Assembly: GCA_965197475.1 (NCBI GenBank)
Contig: CBDANF010000002.1
Span: 512,001-576,000 of the forward strand
DNA from: Candidatus Poribacteria bacterium
GTDB lineage: Bacteria; Poribacteria; WGA-4E; WGA-3G
Length of the DNA: 64,000 nucleotides
Reading direction: 5' to 3'
A model generated the notes under the pieces. That model was not told the origin of the DNA and did no database searches. It was given only the letters and a program-made list of their open reading frames with translations. The translations under genes and the position numbers were made by a program. This document shows positions 18,567-28,537 of this stretch, one piece after another. Position 1 is the first letter of the stretch. Every line of letters begins with the position of its first letter.

Positions 18567-18866
18567 ATGGGTTTCGGCATTTTGATGACAACGGTGCTGA
18601 TGCTATTTCGAATGCGGTTTGTATGGTGGCCGTTTCATCCTGCCGGTTTTGCTATTTCTACTAGTTGGGGCATGAACGTTACATGGGGTTGTCTTTTTAT
18701 GAGTTGGTTATTAAAATGGCTCATTCTCCAGCATGGTGGTCCTATAAGATATCGTAAGATAGCACCGTTCTTTTTAGGTTTAATTCTTGGTGAGTTCACG
18801 GTTGGGAGTGTGTGGACAATTCTTGGAATTGTTCTGGGCATACCTACTTACGGCTTCTGGGTCTAA
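18567..18866 (+). pseudogene. C-terminal fragment of a DUF6784/DUF6785-type membrane protein
   Basis: WWPFHPAGF...WLLKWLILQHGG..YRK.APFFLGLILGE; the upstream part is replaced by the REP cluster. Confidence 0.65.
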
Positions 18867-21589
18867 TTCCTATCTTGGCGTGGATTGATTGCCAGATTTA
18901 ACGGTAACAGCAGTAAGATAAGACTGCATAAAGACGTTACAATCCATTCCTGCTGAAGCGGTACGATTTCCAATAAATTCTGCATAGGAACGATGTACAT
19001 TGCTGACACGTGAAATCCAATGACAATTATCAAAATTATGAATAGACGTATGTTGGTGAACATCCTTTTGAAAAGAGACTCCCACGGATATCGTGTGCAT
19101 TGGAAATAAGATACCACCTGTGTAAAAATGAGCGTAGTACAGGCTGCAGAACGTGCTTCTTGAAGATTAGACTCGGTTGCAAAAGAAATCAACACCAAAA
19201 AATGGATAATTGCCATTAAACTGATGACAAGACTCCGGCAGACAATATCAAACACAGCAGTTTTCGGTAGAAGCATAGTTGCCCTATTGGGGCGATGTTG
19301 CTTTTCATTGACAGAAATTTTTTCGTAACCTAACCCGAATGCTGGGAGCATAGTAGTTAAAAATTGAACCCAAACCACCTGTGTTAGTGTCAATGGCATC
19401 TCAAACTTGAACGATGCGTGCAAGATTAATCCAAAGACGACAGTCAAAAACTGTGCCAGTGTGCACGAAAGACACCATCGAAGTGAACCCGAAAGGTTTT
19501 GATACGCTTCTCGCGCATAGAGCAAGCAGTCTTTGACTGCTTTGAATCCTTTTTCTACTATCAGACAATCTGCATGTTCTTGGGCGAAATGTGCAGCGTA
19601 TCTCGTATCTGTAAATGCGAGGTCTGCAGTAATCATAGCGCGTTGATCATTAGCATTTTGACCTAAAAAACCCACAGAATGATTGTGACGTTTCAAGCTA
19701 AGAACAATATTCCGACGTTGTTCTTGTGTAGGTTGAGAATAAGCATTCCAATTTGGAACCTCTTTGTCAAACTCTTGCGTAGAGAGTTTTATTATTTCTT
19801 TTCTTGTTCCCACTGCATTGCGTGTATGAACAAGACCCAACTCTTTGGCTAAATCAGTTGTTGTTTGTTCATCACTATCACTGATTAGGATGACCTTTAA
19901 ACCAGTGTCCATGAATGATTTTATGACCTCTTTTGTTTCTTCGTTATCAGTGGAAGAAAAACTGATAAAACCTAAAAAGGTTGATATTCCCTGGACCTCT
20001 TGTGGTGTTAGAGGCACCTCGGAATGTAGGGTTGCAACACCGTAAACGGTATCTCTTGAGTTTTGCATGTAATTGAGGATTTCACTACACATCTCGTACT
20101 GCTCATAGTAGAATTCATTTACCTCTCCATTTACGAGCATAGAATCAGAAGCCTCAAGCACATTGCGTGCATCGCCAAAAATAATGTTCAGATATTCGTT
20201 TTCACCTGATTCAAACACATGAAGTTCATAACCGAAATTAGGGGTCCATGGGTATTCTGAAACAAGCTCCATATTAGATTTCAGCCCTGCCAGCTTATAT
20301 CCGAGTTGTTCCATTGTTTCTTGGATGACGTGTTGATGTGCATGTTCAATATCGGTTCTATCATAGTACCGTTCACCACAAGTCCCTAATCCTGCAGCCA
20401 ACACAAGGCCGGGTGCCCCTTTCGGAATTTGAAGCCGTGGCGGAATATTGTTGACTCGTGTACTTTTTTCTTCTGGCGACAAGGATTCAAGCGTATTTAA
20501 CCAATTTTCCCACACTGAACGATTTATCATCTGTTCATCAACAAAGATGTTGGAAATAGTAAGAGATTTTGTGCTTGCGATGCCTTTTTCATCTGAACAA
20601 AAAGCAGTGAGACGGTTTAACTTCTCAAGGAATTGTCTATTCCGGAGTGCTATTCCTTTTTTAAGCAAGCCAATGGCTTTCTGATCAAGAATGGTGTGTA
20701 GTAGCAAAAGTAAGTCATGGGGCGTTGCGACGATTGCAAAAATTAAACCAAATTGAAGGTATTCTTTCCAATTCGTTGGAACACTCTGTTGGGATTTTTG
20801 CCACCAGAAGATAGCAATTGCTATTCCGCCGACAATCAGACCTGCAACTTTTAGTATATCTGAAAAGAATTTTATCTGATTTTCAGCGACAGTCATCTCA
20901 TTTGGTAGCGGGCGTGTGTCCCCACGGTTCTGACACATTTCAAGTTCGTCACCTGTTCTGACTACGATCGCGTGGCCCATTCCTGTATCAACGTACGTTC
21001 CACCAAAAATCATATTTGTCTGCTTTTCCGGGGAAAGTCCTACCTCGTTTATCTCTTGGGTGGTTTTTATTGCTGAACCACTGCTCCCAAATAGAGCAGA
21101 TTCGTTAACTGTTAACCCATCTGCTTGAACAATTCGTGCATCGGCAGGTATGTAGTTACCAGGTCTAAGAAGAAGAAGGTCGCCAGGTACAATATCGGAA
21201 GGTGCACATTTTTCTTGCTTGCCTTGGCGAATTACCGACACAGTGACATCAAATTGTGCTTTAAGCTGCTGCTGTTTACGGTGAAAACCCATTGAAACTA
21301 TAATCGCCCAGCAGATGGAAAGAATCAAAATCCCGCCGATAAGTGCAATTGTCGGAATATCAATAGGAAAAACGAAAACTACTATGGCAAGTACTAAAAG
21401 CAGTAATTTCCAGTTAAGGACATGTTCCAGTAAGGTCCTAATCTGCCAAGTGTCCATCTTGGAATTTGGTACATTTGTACCATAACTTTCCTTTAACCTT
21501 TCTACATCAGCGTGGCTCAAACCGTATTCAAGGTCAGTATTGAATTGGTTTAGCAAAAAAGAGATACTTTCTGCATAAAAATTAGACAT
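18863..21589 (-). CDS. P-type (P2-like) cation ATPase homolog with degenerate catalytic motifs
   Basis: GLS...YGTN, IVPGD, IPADAR, full TM layout; DKTGT appears as DEKGI, TGES as FGSS, GDGxND as GQNAND. Confidence 0.85.
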   Translation of the reverse strand: MSNFYAESISFLLNQFNTDLEYGLSHADVERLKESYGTNVPNSKMDTWQIRTLLEHVLNWKLLLLVLAIVVFVFPIDIPTIALIGGILILSICWAIIVSMGFHRKQQQLKAQFDVTVSVIRQGKQEKCAPSDIVPGDLLLLRPGNYIPADARIVQADGLTVNESALFGSSGSAIKTTQEINEVGLSPEKQTNMIFGGTYVDTGMGHAIVVRTGDELEMCQNRGDTRPLPNEMTVAENQIKFFSDILKVAGLIVGGIAIAIFWWQKSQQSVPTNWKEYLQFGLIFAIVATPHDLLLLLHTILDQKAIGLLKKGIALRNRQFLEKLNRLTAFCSDEKGIASTKSLTISNIFVDEQMINRSVWENWLNTLESLSPEEKSTRVNNIPPRLQIPKGAPGLVLAAGLGTCGERYYDRTDIEHAHQHVIQETMEQLGYKLAGLKSNMELVSEYPWTPNFGYELHVFESGENEYLNIIFGDARNVLEASDSMLVNGEVNEFYYEQYEMCSEILNYMQNSRDTVYGVATLHSEVPLTPQEVQGISTFLGFISFSSTDNEETKEVIKSFMDTGLKVILISDSDEQTTTDLAKELGLVHTRNAVGTRKEIIKLSTQEFDKEVPNWNAYSQPTQEQRRNIVLSLKRHNHSVGFLGQNANDQRAMITADLAFTDTRYAAHFAQEHADCLIVEKGFKAVKDCLLYAREAYQNLSGSLRWCLSCTLAQFLTVVFGLILHASFKFEMPLTLTQVVWVQFLTTMLPAFGLGYEKISVNEKQHRPNRATMLLPKTAVFDIVCRSLVISLMAIIHFLVLISFATESNLQEARSAACTTLIFTQVVSYFQCTRYPWESLFKRMFTNIRLFIILIIVIGFHVSAMYIVPMQNLLEIVPLQQEWIVTSLCSLILLLLPLNLAINPRQDRN

Positions 21590-21636
21590 CGTTTTTCCTA
21601 ACGTCTCACGTTTCTGACAAAAGTTGCTATAGATAT

Positions 21637-22569
21637 TTATAGTGAGGAATTTTCGTCCTCGTTAGTCCAAACCTTTGCGCCATCCAGATCAGTACCGAGT
21701 ACCTTAATTTCGCATGGGATATCATGTAGTTTAAAGACATCTCGCATGCAATTCCCAACTTGGTCCATATTATTCAAACAATATGCTGCGATTGTTGGTC
21801 CCGCGCCACTCAATGCGATACTAAGTGCTCCTGCAGATGTCGCGGCTTCAACGACATCATCAAATCCAGGAATTAGGGTGCTGCGATAAGGTTGATGCAG
21901 CTTATCCTTCATTGCCAGCGGTAACATATCCAATTTTCCGGTAGCGATGCTTGCGACAAGTAAGGAACTTCTACTTATATTATAGATAGCGTCAGCAAAA
22001 TCAACATTTTTTGGCAATATGTTTCGTGCTTTCTTTGTGGACAATGTAAATTCAGGAATAGCGAGTACTAAATAAAGCGCGGAGTCACATTCTAACTGGA
22101 TTGTATGGATATGTTCTCCGTCTTGCACAGAAATGACCATACCGCCATACAGAGAAGCAGCAACATTATCGGGATGTCCCTCTATGGCTGTTGCAAAATT
22201 GAGGAGTTCTGACCAAGAGAACGGATTGCCACACAAAACATTTGCTGTCAGTAGCCCCCCAAGAATAGCTGTGCCGCTTCCCCCTAAGCCGCGAATTGCC
22301 GGAATTCCGTTCACAATGCTCAATTTCAAACCTTTGGGCTGTTGCATGCCACTCCTTTGAAAAATGGACTCTACTGCTTGAAACGCAATATGGTCAGTGG
22401 TACTTGGTATCTTATCAACATCAACTCCACTGACAACAACTTCTGTCCTGTTTTCAGTGGTTTCTAACGTTACTGTGCTGTAAAGTTGTAATGCAAGACC
22501 CAGCACATCAAATCCGGGGCCAAGGTTTGTGGTACTTGCAGGAATACGCGCGGTTACTTTTCTATACAT
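21637..22569 (-). CDS. thrB: Homoserine kinase
   Basis: PASTTNLGPGFDVLG, RGLGGSG, EGHPDNV, DKLHQPYR, LSGAGP. Confidence 0.96.
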   Translation of the reverse strand: MYRKVTARIPASTTNLGPGFDVLGLALQLYSTVTLETTENRTEVVVSGVDVDKIPSTTDHIAFQAVESIFQRSGMQQPKGLKLSIVNGIPAIRGLGGSGTAILGGLLTANVLCGNPFSWSELLNFATAIEGHPDNVAASLYGGMVISVQDGEHIHTIQLECDSALYLVLAIPEFTLSTKKARNILPKNVDFADAIYNISRSSLLVASIATGKLDMLPLAMKDKLHQPYRSTLIPGFDDVVEAATSAGALSIALSGAGPTIAAYCLNNMDQVGNCMRDVFKLHDIPCEIKVLGTDLDGAKVWTNEDENSSL

Positions 22570-22682
22570 ACGAGTATTTTTCCTACTTTTCCTATAACTT
22601 TCTATAGTTTGGGCAATTTAGGAACTGTCGCTTGTTGACTGATTGAATGGAAACATTGTATTTATCTATCTGCATTGTTTGA

Positions 22683-22913
22683 TCCACCTGTCGCCCCGCT
22701 GGGGCTTTAGAAGGTGATAACCATGTGTCCTATCCACCTGTCGCCCCGCTGGGGCTAAGGTTTAATCTTGTAATACTTATCTTTTGATGCGATTTTACTT
22801 AACTGACAGAAGTCGTTGAAAAATACTTTGGACAGCCCCAACCAGCGGGGCGGAATGTGTATAGCAAACAGGAACCTTAGCATAGTAAGCCCCAGCGGGG
22901 CGACAGGTGTATA
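22683..22913. repeat. REPIN/BIME-like array of GCCCCGCTGGGGCT palindromes (2 direct, 2 inverted)
   Basis: TCCACCTGTCGCCCCGCTGGGGCT x2 and inverse AGCCCCAGCGGGGCGACAGGTGTATA. Confidence 0.8.
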
Positions 22914-22995
22914 ATAGCATATAATCCAGTTAATACCTAAGGTGTTCCATCAACCTAAGTTATGACACAAGAACTCTAAAATTGTCCAAATTTCC

Positions 22996-24168
22996 CTATA
23001 ATTTTGCAATTGCGGTTTTTATCCGGTGCAACGCATCTTCAATATTTTCCAACGAATTTGCGTACGAAAGCCTGAGGTAACCATCGCCAAATTTTCCGAA
23101 AGCTGTGCCCGATAATAAAGCGACTCCGACTTCATCCATCAAATAATCAGCGAGTGCTTCGCATGAAAGAGGGAGTTGTGTGACATTCGGGAAAACATAG
23201 AATGAACCGAGGGGTTTAATACAACTGATACCTTCAATAGCATTTAGACCATCCACAATGGCATCGCGTCGTTTTCGGAATTCTGTAACCATTTGCGTGA
23301 CAAATGTTTGAGGTCCCGTCAGTGCTTCTATTCCAGCAATCTGTGTAAAGGTTGCAGTGCAGGAATTTGAGTTGATTGTCAACTGGGTGATCTTGTCTGC
23401 GATTGCGCGTGGTGCGACACCGTACCCGAGCCTCCAGCCGGTCATAGCGTACGTTTTAGAATGTCCGTCAATCAGAATTGTCCGTTCTTTCATACCGGGG
23501 AGACTCAGTATACTCTGATGAGTTCCCTCGTAAAGGAGGCGAGAATAGACTTCGTCCGTGAGGATATAAAAATTATGTTTTTGTGCAAGTTCGGCTATTG
23601 CAGCGAGGTCTGTATCTGTGAGGATGCCGCCAGTTGGGTTCTGTGGGGAATTGAGTATCAATAGTTTAGTGCGTTCACTAATGGCATTGATGAGATCATC
23701 AATTCGAAAACGAAAGTCAACCTCCTCACGAAGGGGGAGAGGCACTGCTTTTCCACCGATAAAATCAATAACCGATTCGTAGACGGGGAAGCCGGGTTCT
23801 GGATAGATAACCTCATCACCTTCATCAACTAATGCTAAAATTGTGAAAAAGATTATCGGTTTTGCACCAGGTGTAACGGTTACTTCATTTGGATGGATGT
23901 CAATACCGCGCGTCTCGGATATGTGTTGGGCAACGACCTCTCGAAATTCAGGTAGTCCCGCAGATGGGCAATAACCTGTATGACCTTCTTTCATTGCCTT
24001 GAATGCAGCTTCACATACATTCATTGGGGTCGAAAAATCTGGCTGACCTATTTCTAAATGAATAATATCTTTACCTTGTGCTTCTAAGTTTTTGGCTTTA
24101 GCTAACACCTCAAATGCAGATTCTGTTCCCAAGCGACTCATTCGCTTGGCGAATGTAGGGCTTCCCAA
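22996..24168 (-). CDS. PLP-dependent class I/II aminotransferase (aspartate aminotransferase-like)
   Basis: IGQPDF, NSPQNPTG, DEVY, SKTYAMTGWRLGY. Confidence 0.93.
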   Translation of the reverse strand: MGSPTFAKRMSRLGTESAFEVLAKAKNLEAQGKDIIHLEIGQPDFSTPMNVCEAAFKAMKEGHTGYCPSAGLPEFREVVAQHISETRGIDIHPNEVTVTPGAKPIIFFTILALVDEGDEVIYPEPGFPVYESVIDFIGGKAVPLPLREEVDFRFRIDDLINAISERTKLLILNSPQNPTGGILTDTDLAAIAELAQKHNFYILTDEVYSRLLYEGTHQSILSLPGMKERTILIDGHSKTYAMTGWRLGYGVAPRAIADKITQLTINSNSCTATFTQIAGIEALTGPQTFVTQMVTEFRKRRDAIVDGLNAIEGISCIKPLGSFYVFPNVTQLPLSCEALADYLMDEVGVALLSGTAFGKFGDGYLRLSYANSLENIEDALHRIKTAIAKL

Positions 24169-24288
24169 AATATCACTCCTTTATTTTATAACTTTTAACC
24201 GCGATCCCATGGTCGCGAGTATGCCCTAATATATTTCTTTACAACAAACATCTTTTAGATAATTGCATATACCTGTCTTGCTCAGCGG

Positions 24289-25302
24289 CTATTCTGATTT
24301 TAAGATAGTCCCTATTGCCCCTGCTACCCAAGTATTTTGTTTATCAAGGACAAAAACTTTGACTATTTTTTCCTTGGATTCTTCAACTTCCCAAGTCATG
24401 CCACCATCGGTGGTACTGAGGATGACACCGGCACCGAAGTCACCTCCAACAGCCCATCCCACATTTTTGTCTGCGAATCTGATACTGTTTAGTTTCTCTT
24501 CGGTTCCGCTTGTCTGCGGTGTCCATTCATCTCCACCGTTTTTCGTATGGAGAATCAAACCGTTTTCTCCAACTACCCATCCCGTTGAAGCATCAATGAA
24601 GAAGATATCTTCAAGGATATCATCTCTCCCGATTTCCTGGTGAACCCAAGTTCTCGCTCCATCCTTAGTTTTCTGAATAACACTTTTCTGCGTCTTTGTA
24701 TCGGGAAAAACGCGTATTCCGGCAACCCATCCAGTTTTTTCGTCAATAAACTGAATCGCACTGAACATACTTGCCTCGTCCTCGCCGACACCACCACCGA
24801 GTTGTCCACCTTCTAGGACTTTCCATGACCGTCCGCCATTTCTTGTTGAGATAATAGTGTCATTTTCTCCTGCTGCATATCCTATATTTTTATCAACAAA
24901 ATAAATACTCTTTAGCGCGGTACCAGCCTTACTGATTTGTAACTCCCAATCTTTTCCGTTAGTTGTATTGGCAATTATGCCTTTTTGTCCAACAACCCAA
25001 CCCCGATTAGCATCTAAGAAGTAGATTCCAGTGAGGTCTGCACTGAGTTTAATTTTCGATTTTTGCCACGTTTTTCCCCCATCATTGGTATATCCGATGA
25101 ATCCCGGGTTGTCAAAATCCTCAGCCAGTGCGGACCCAGCAACCCATCCAGTTTTTTTATCTGTAAATGCAATAGACATATAATCTCGAGCTTCTGGATC
25201 GTTTTTTTGCAATACGACCCACCCTGCCATGGCTGGAAAAGCAATTACTACTGTCAAAATGATTGCGAATCTAATGATTTTTGCTAAGTTTAATCTGTTC
25301 AT
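24289..25302 (-). CDS. Secreted YCF48/BNR-repeat beta-propeller protein
   Basis: Signal peptide; repeated F.D...GW.VG..G.I..T.DGG.TW. Confidence 0.88.
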   Translation of the reverse strand: MNRLNLAKIIRFAIILTVVIAFPAMAGWVVLQKNDPEARDYMSIAFTDKKTGWVAGSALAEDFDNPGFIGYTNDGGKTWQKSKIKLSADLTGIYFLDANRGWVVGQKGIIANTTNGKDWELQISKAGTALKSIYFVDKNIGYAAGENDTIISTRNGGRSWKVLEGGQLGGGVGEDEASMFSAIQFIDEKTGWVAGIRVFPDTKTQKSVIQKTKDGARTWVHQEIGRDDILEDIFFIDASTGWVVGENGLILHTKNGGDEWTPQTSGTEEKLNSIRFADKNVGWAVGGDFGAGVILSTTDGGMTWEVEESKEKIVKVFVLDKQNTWVAGAIGTILKSE

Positions 25303-25453
25303 TGTAACTCCTTTACTTTTAAAATTCCTTCTGATTAAGAGGGTTATTTATAGTATAACTGTGTATCTCACATTAAGTCAAATATTTCTAAAATCTATTT
25401 CAGTAAAACATTGATAAACGCGCATAGCAAAGTAACTCATCCGTAATGACATA

Positions 25454-26854
25454 CTATTTAGCAACGATAATTGTTCCGGTTTTGAAACTGTCCCCAACTT
25501 GTAATTGATAGATATAAACCCCGCTTTCGACAATTTCTCCGTTTTCATTTTTACCATTCCACCTCAGTTCGGTTTCACCAAGTTGAGCGGTTAGCGTTCT
25601 AACGAGAACACCATTCAGATTAAAAAGAAGCACACTGAATTCACCCTCGCCATCTTCAATACTCCGTGCTGGAAAGACAACGGTGTTAAAATCTGGATCC
25701 TGTGAAAGCGGTGTAAATGGATTCGGATAAGGTTTATCAAATATTCGGTGCCTTTTCTTAGTAGGCGCGGATTCGTTATCAGCCTCGTCAATCGCAATTA
25801 TGGCATAAGTGAAACTGCCCGTTGATAATGGTCGACTATCAACGAATTTGTATTCAGTAGCTCCATTTGCTGCTTTTTCAGCGTGTATCTCTCCATTCGG
25901 AAGCGGCTCAAGCGTATCTGACTCAGAGGATCCGAACAAAATTCGGTACACTGATACGTCACGACTAACACTCGGCATCCACAAAACTTCAATACCTTCG
26001 CTTGAGGGAACAATACGGAGTGCAGTTGGAGGCTGAGGTGCAGCGGTGTCTTCTAATACTTTCGCGGTTTGTATCGGTGAGCGTTCTGATTGCAATAAAA
26101 TTGTTTTATATGCGGTTACCTGATACGTATGAAGTCCTGCTGGAACGTTCACATCAAGGAATGTAGTTGACGAGCGATTTTCAACCTTAATTGGAATTTC
26201 CTTATCTCCTCTATAGATGAGGTAACCGTTTACATCTATGTCCGTTGATTTTTGCCATCGGAGTGTCACATCGTTTTCACCGGTTTTGTCGGCTTCAGCA
26301 GTGAAATCAGAAACTGGGGCAGGTGGTACATTTGGGATTACTTGCAAAGTGAAATCATCGTTATTGAGTTTTCCATCTGCTTGTTCTGGTCGGATAAATT
26401 CACCGATTGGTACGTCATCACGATTACGTAACTGTACGCTGAACACTGCTTCAAAAACAGTATTTGGTGTTCGAGAATCAAATGCGATATCGTATATAGA
26501 ATTCCGAAAATCTATGATCGGTTCTGCAAGTTCTACACGCAGGACATTCCCTCCAGAAATTATCGCCCTTGCTATTAGTTCTTGGCCATCACGCGAAATA
26601 CCTTTGAAATCTGCCAATTGGGTTACAAATCCTTTAGGCATTGTAATTTCAATAGTCTTAATTTCTTCACCTGGTTCTGCCAATGACCTGTCAATTACAA
26701 GTGTCACAAGTAGTGGCACCGTTGAACTGGCGGGGACAATGCCTTTGGTTTCACCCACGACGTTGATTTCGCCGACTGATGTGACTGCACCGTAACTTTG
26801 CGGAACGATAAGGATACTAACGAGAAAGATTAAAATAAGGATTGAGTTTTTCAT
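25454..26854 (-). CDS. Secreted FN3-repeat protein with FlgD/T9SS type B-like C-terminal domain
   Basis: LRW...GYLIYR, YAIIAIDEADNES, PNPFTP, WNGKNENGEIVESGVYIYQ. Confidence 0.8.
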   Translation of the reverse strand: MKNSILILIFLVSILIVPQSYGAVTSVGEINVVGETKGIVPASSTVPLLVTLVIDRSLAEPGEEIKTIEITMPKGFVTQLADFKGISRDGQELIARAIISGGNVLRVELAEPIIDFRNSIYDIAFDSRTPNTVFEAVFSVQLRNRDDVPIGEFIRPEQADGKLNNDDFTLQVIPNVPPAPVSDFTAEADKTGENDVTLRWQKSTDIDVNGYLIYRGDKEIPIKVENRSSTTFLDVNVPAGLHTYQVTAYKTILLQSERSPIQTAKVLEDTAAPQPPTALRIVPSSEGIEVLWMPSVSRDVSVYRILFGSSESDTLEPLPNGEIHAEKAANGATEYKFVDSRPLSTGSFTYAIIAIDEADNESAPTKKRHRIFDKPYPNPFTPLSQDPDFNTVVFPARSIEDGEGEFSVLLFNLNGVLVRTLTAQLGETELRWNGKNENGEIVESGVYIYQLQVGDSFKTGTIIVAK

Positions 26855-26871
26855 AAGGCATAATCCCTTCT

Positions 26872-27828
26872 TTAGAATAGTAGATTTACGGAGAATCGTT
26901 GTGTTGTGTTGTCCTGTAAATCTCCGGTGAGTAGCTGGAATCCGTAATCAAGTTGAAGTGATGTTCCACTGATCGGTATCTTGGCACTTCCGCCGAGACT
27001 TAGGGTTGTAGTCGAATTTCCGCCATTTTTCATTCCGTAGCCTCCTCGGACACCGATGGCTTTATTCACCCAGATTTCTACACCAACGCGTGTATAAACA
27101 TCACCGTTTCGCGCCGCAACTTCAATAGTACCTAACGTTGCTTTCAACAAGTTACTGATTGTCTCGCCCTGCGCGCTCATCTCAGCGATAGATTCAAGAT
27201 TATAAGCCAAACCTGCCCGAATGTTCCGTGGCACCGAATCCGTCTGATTATCGGAAATGCTTATGTCTGCAGGCAGTAAATTCTCCACTGATACGCCAAT
27301 GCTCAGGCTATTGAACGGCTTTGCAATTACACCCAGATCAAAGGAAAAAGCTGAACTTGAAGTATGGGCAAAATACGGATTCTCAATGACGGATTCATTT
27401 CCTTCATCATAAGCTATGCCAAAGAATTTTAGATTTACACCAAATCCCAATTGTTTGAAAATAGTGTTCGCATAAGAGAGGCGTAACGTTTGTTCTCTAT
27501 AAATATCAGAATCTTCTGCCAAGATACCGATATTGGCACCGATTGTTCCCATTCGTCCGAAGGGAATAATGCCTCCAATTGTGTTGTAGTTAACAAGACC
27601 GTTGAATCGCTGTGCATAAGTCGCGCCGATCTGAATTTCCTTAATATAGGCTAAGCCAGCAGCGTTGTAGTTAGCGGCGTTACTATCATCAGCGAGTGCG
27701 ACAAACGCTCCACCCAGCCCGAGAGGACGAGCACCTATGCCGATGTCATTAAAGGCAGCAAACGTAGATGTGGTGAAGAATAGGGACATTAACAGGATAT
27801 AATAGCATTTCAATCTAATTTTTGTCAT
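26872..27828 (-). CDS. PorV/PorQ-family outer-membrane beta-barrel
   Basis: GIGARPLGLGGAFVALADD...YNAAGL, FDLG, RAGLAY, C-terminal F. Confidence 0.82.
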   Translation of the reverse strand: MTKIRLKCYYILLMSLFFTTSTFAAFNDIGIGARPLGLGGAFVALADDSNAANYNAAGLAYIKEIQIGATYAQRFNGLVNYNTIGGIIPFGRMGTIGANIGILAEDSDIYREQTLRLSYANTIFKQLGFGVNLKFFGIAYDEGNESVIENPYFAHTSSSAFSFDLGVIAKPFNSLSIGVSVENLLPADISISDNQTDSVPRNIRAGLAYNLESIAEMSAQGETISNLLKATLGTIEVAARNGDVYTRVGVEIWVNKAIGVRGGYGMKNGGNSTTTLSLGGSAKIPISGTSLQLDYGFQLLTGDLQDNTTQRFSVNLLF

Positions 27829-27836
27829 GGTTTCTC

Positions 27837-28535
27837 CTACGGTGTTCCTGTCATCGGAACAAAACTAACGCCTGTGACCCTTGTCGTTTCAACTTTACCA
27901 GAACATTTCTGTATCACGAACAGTTCCTGTGTATCAGAACCGACAGGAATTACCATGCGTCCATCTTCAGCGAGTTGTTGTGTAAGTTGATGTGGAATCT
28001 TTTTTGGGGCAGCTGTTACAAGCACGCCATCATACGGCGCGTGCTCAATCCAACCGTAATAGCCGTTCCCTTGTTTAAGATAGATGTTCCGATAATTTAG
28101 TGCTTTTAGTCTTGAATTGGCACTTTCTGCAAGTTCTGGTAGAATTTCAACGGAATACACTTCCTGGGCGAGTTCTGCTAACACAGCAGTTTGGTATCCA
28201 CACCCAGTTCCAATCTCCAGGACTTTTGAATAAGGGTTTAATTCTAATAATTCTGTCATCAATGCGACCATATAAGGTTGTGAAATTGTTTGTCCTTTGT
28301 CTATAGGAAGGGGCCTGTCGTGATATGCCCACTTATGAAATTCAGGTGTTACGAAGAGGTGTCTTTGGATTTTTTCCATCGCTGCCAGTATTTTAGGATT
28401 CCGAATATCGCGGTTTTCAATTTGGTATTTAACCATTTTCTGTCTGACGCTCATAAATTTATCGGCATGTACCATTGAATGTTTCCCTTGAATTTCGTTG
28501 TTTACGTCGATTCCCAAAATATAACCAAACATCAA
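27837..28535 (-). CDS. pcm: Protein-L-isoaspartate O-methyltransferase (true start may be slightly downstream)
   Basis: GQTISQPYMVA, VLEIGTGCGYQTA, APYDGVLVTAA. Confidence 0.95.
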   Translation of the reverse strand: MMFGYILGIDVNNEIQGKHSMVHADKFMSVRQKMVKYQIENRDIRNPKILAAMEKIQRHLFVTPEFHKWAYHDRPLPIDKGQTISQPYMVALMTELLELNPYSKVLEIGTGCGYQTAVLAELAQEVYSVEILPELAESANSRLKALNYRNIYLKQGNGYYGWIEHAPYDGVLVTAAPKKIPHQLTQQLAEDGRMVIPVGSDTQELFVIQKCSGKVETTRVTGVSFVPMTGTP

Positions 28536-28537
28536 TT

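Noticed and set aside
22683-22913. Mini-CRISPR
   Set aside because: Only 2+2 units in inverted orientation, which is REPIN-like
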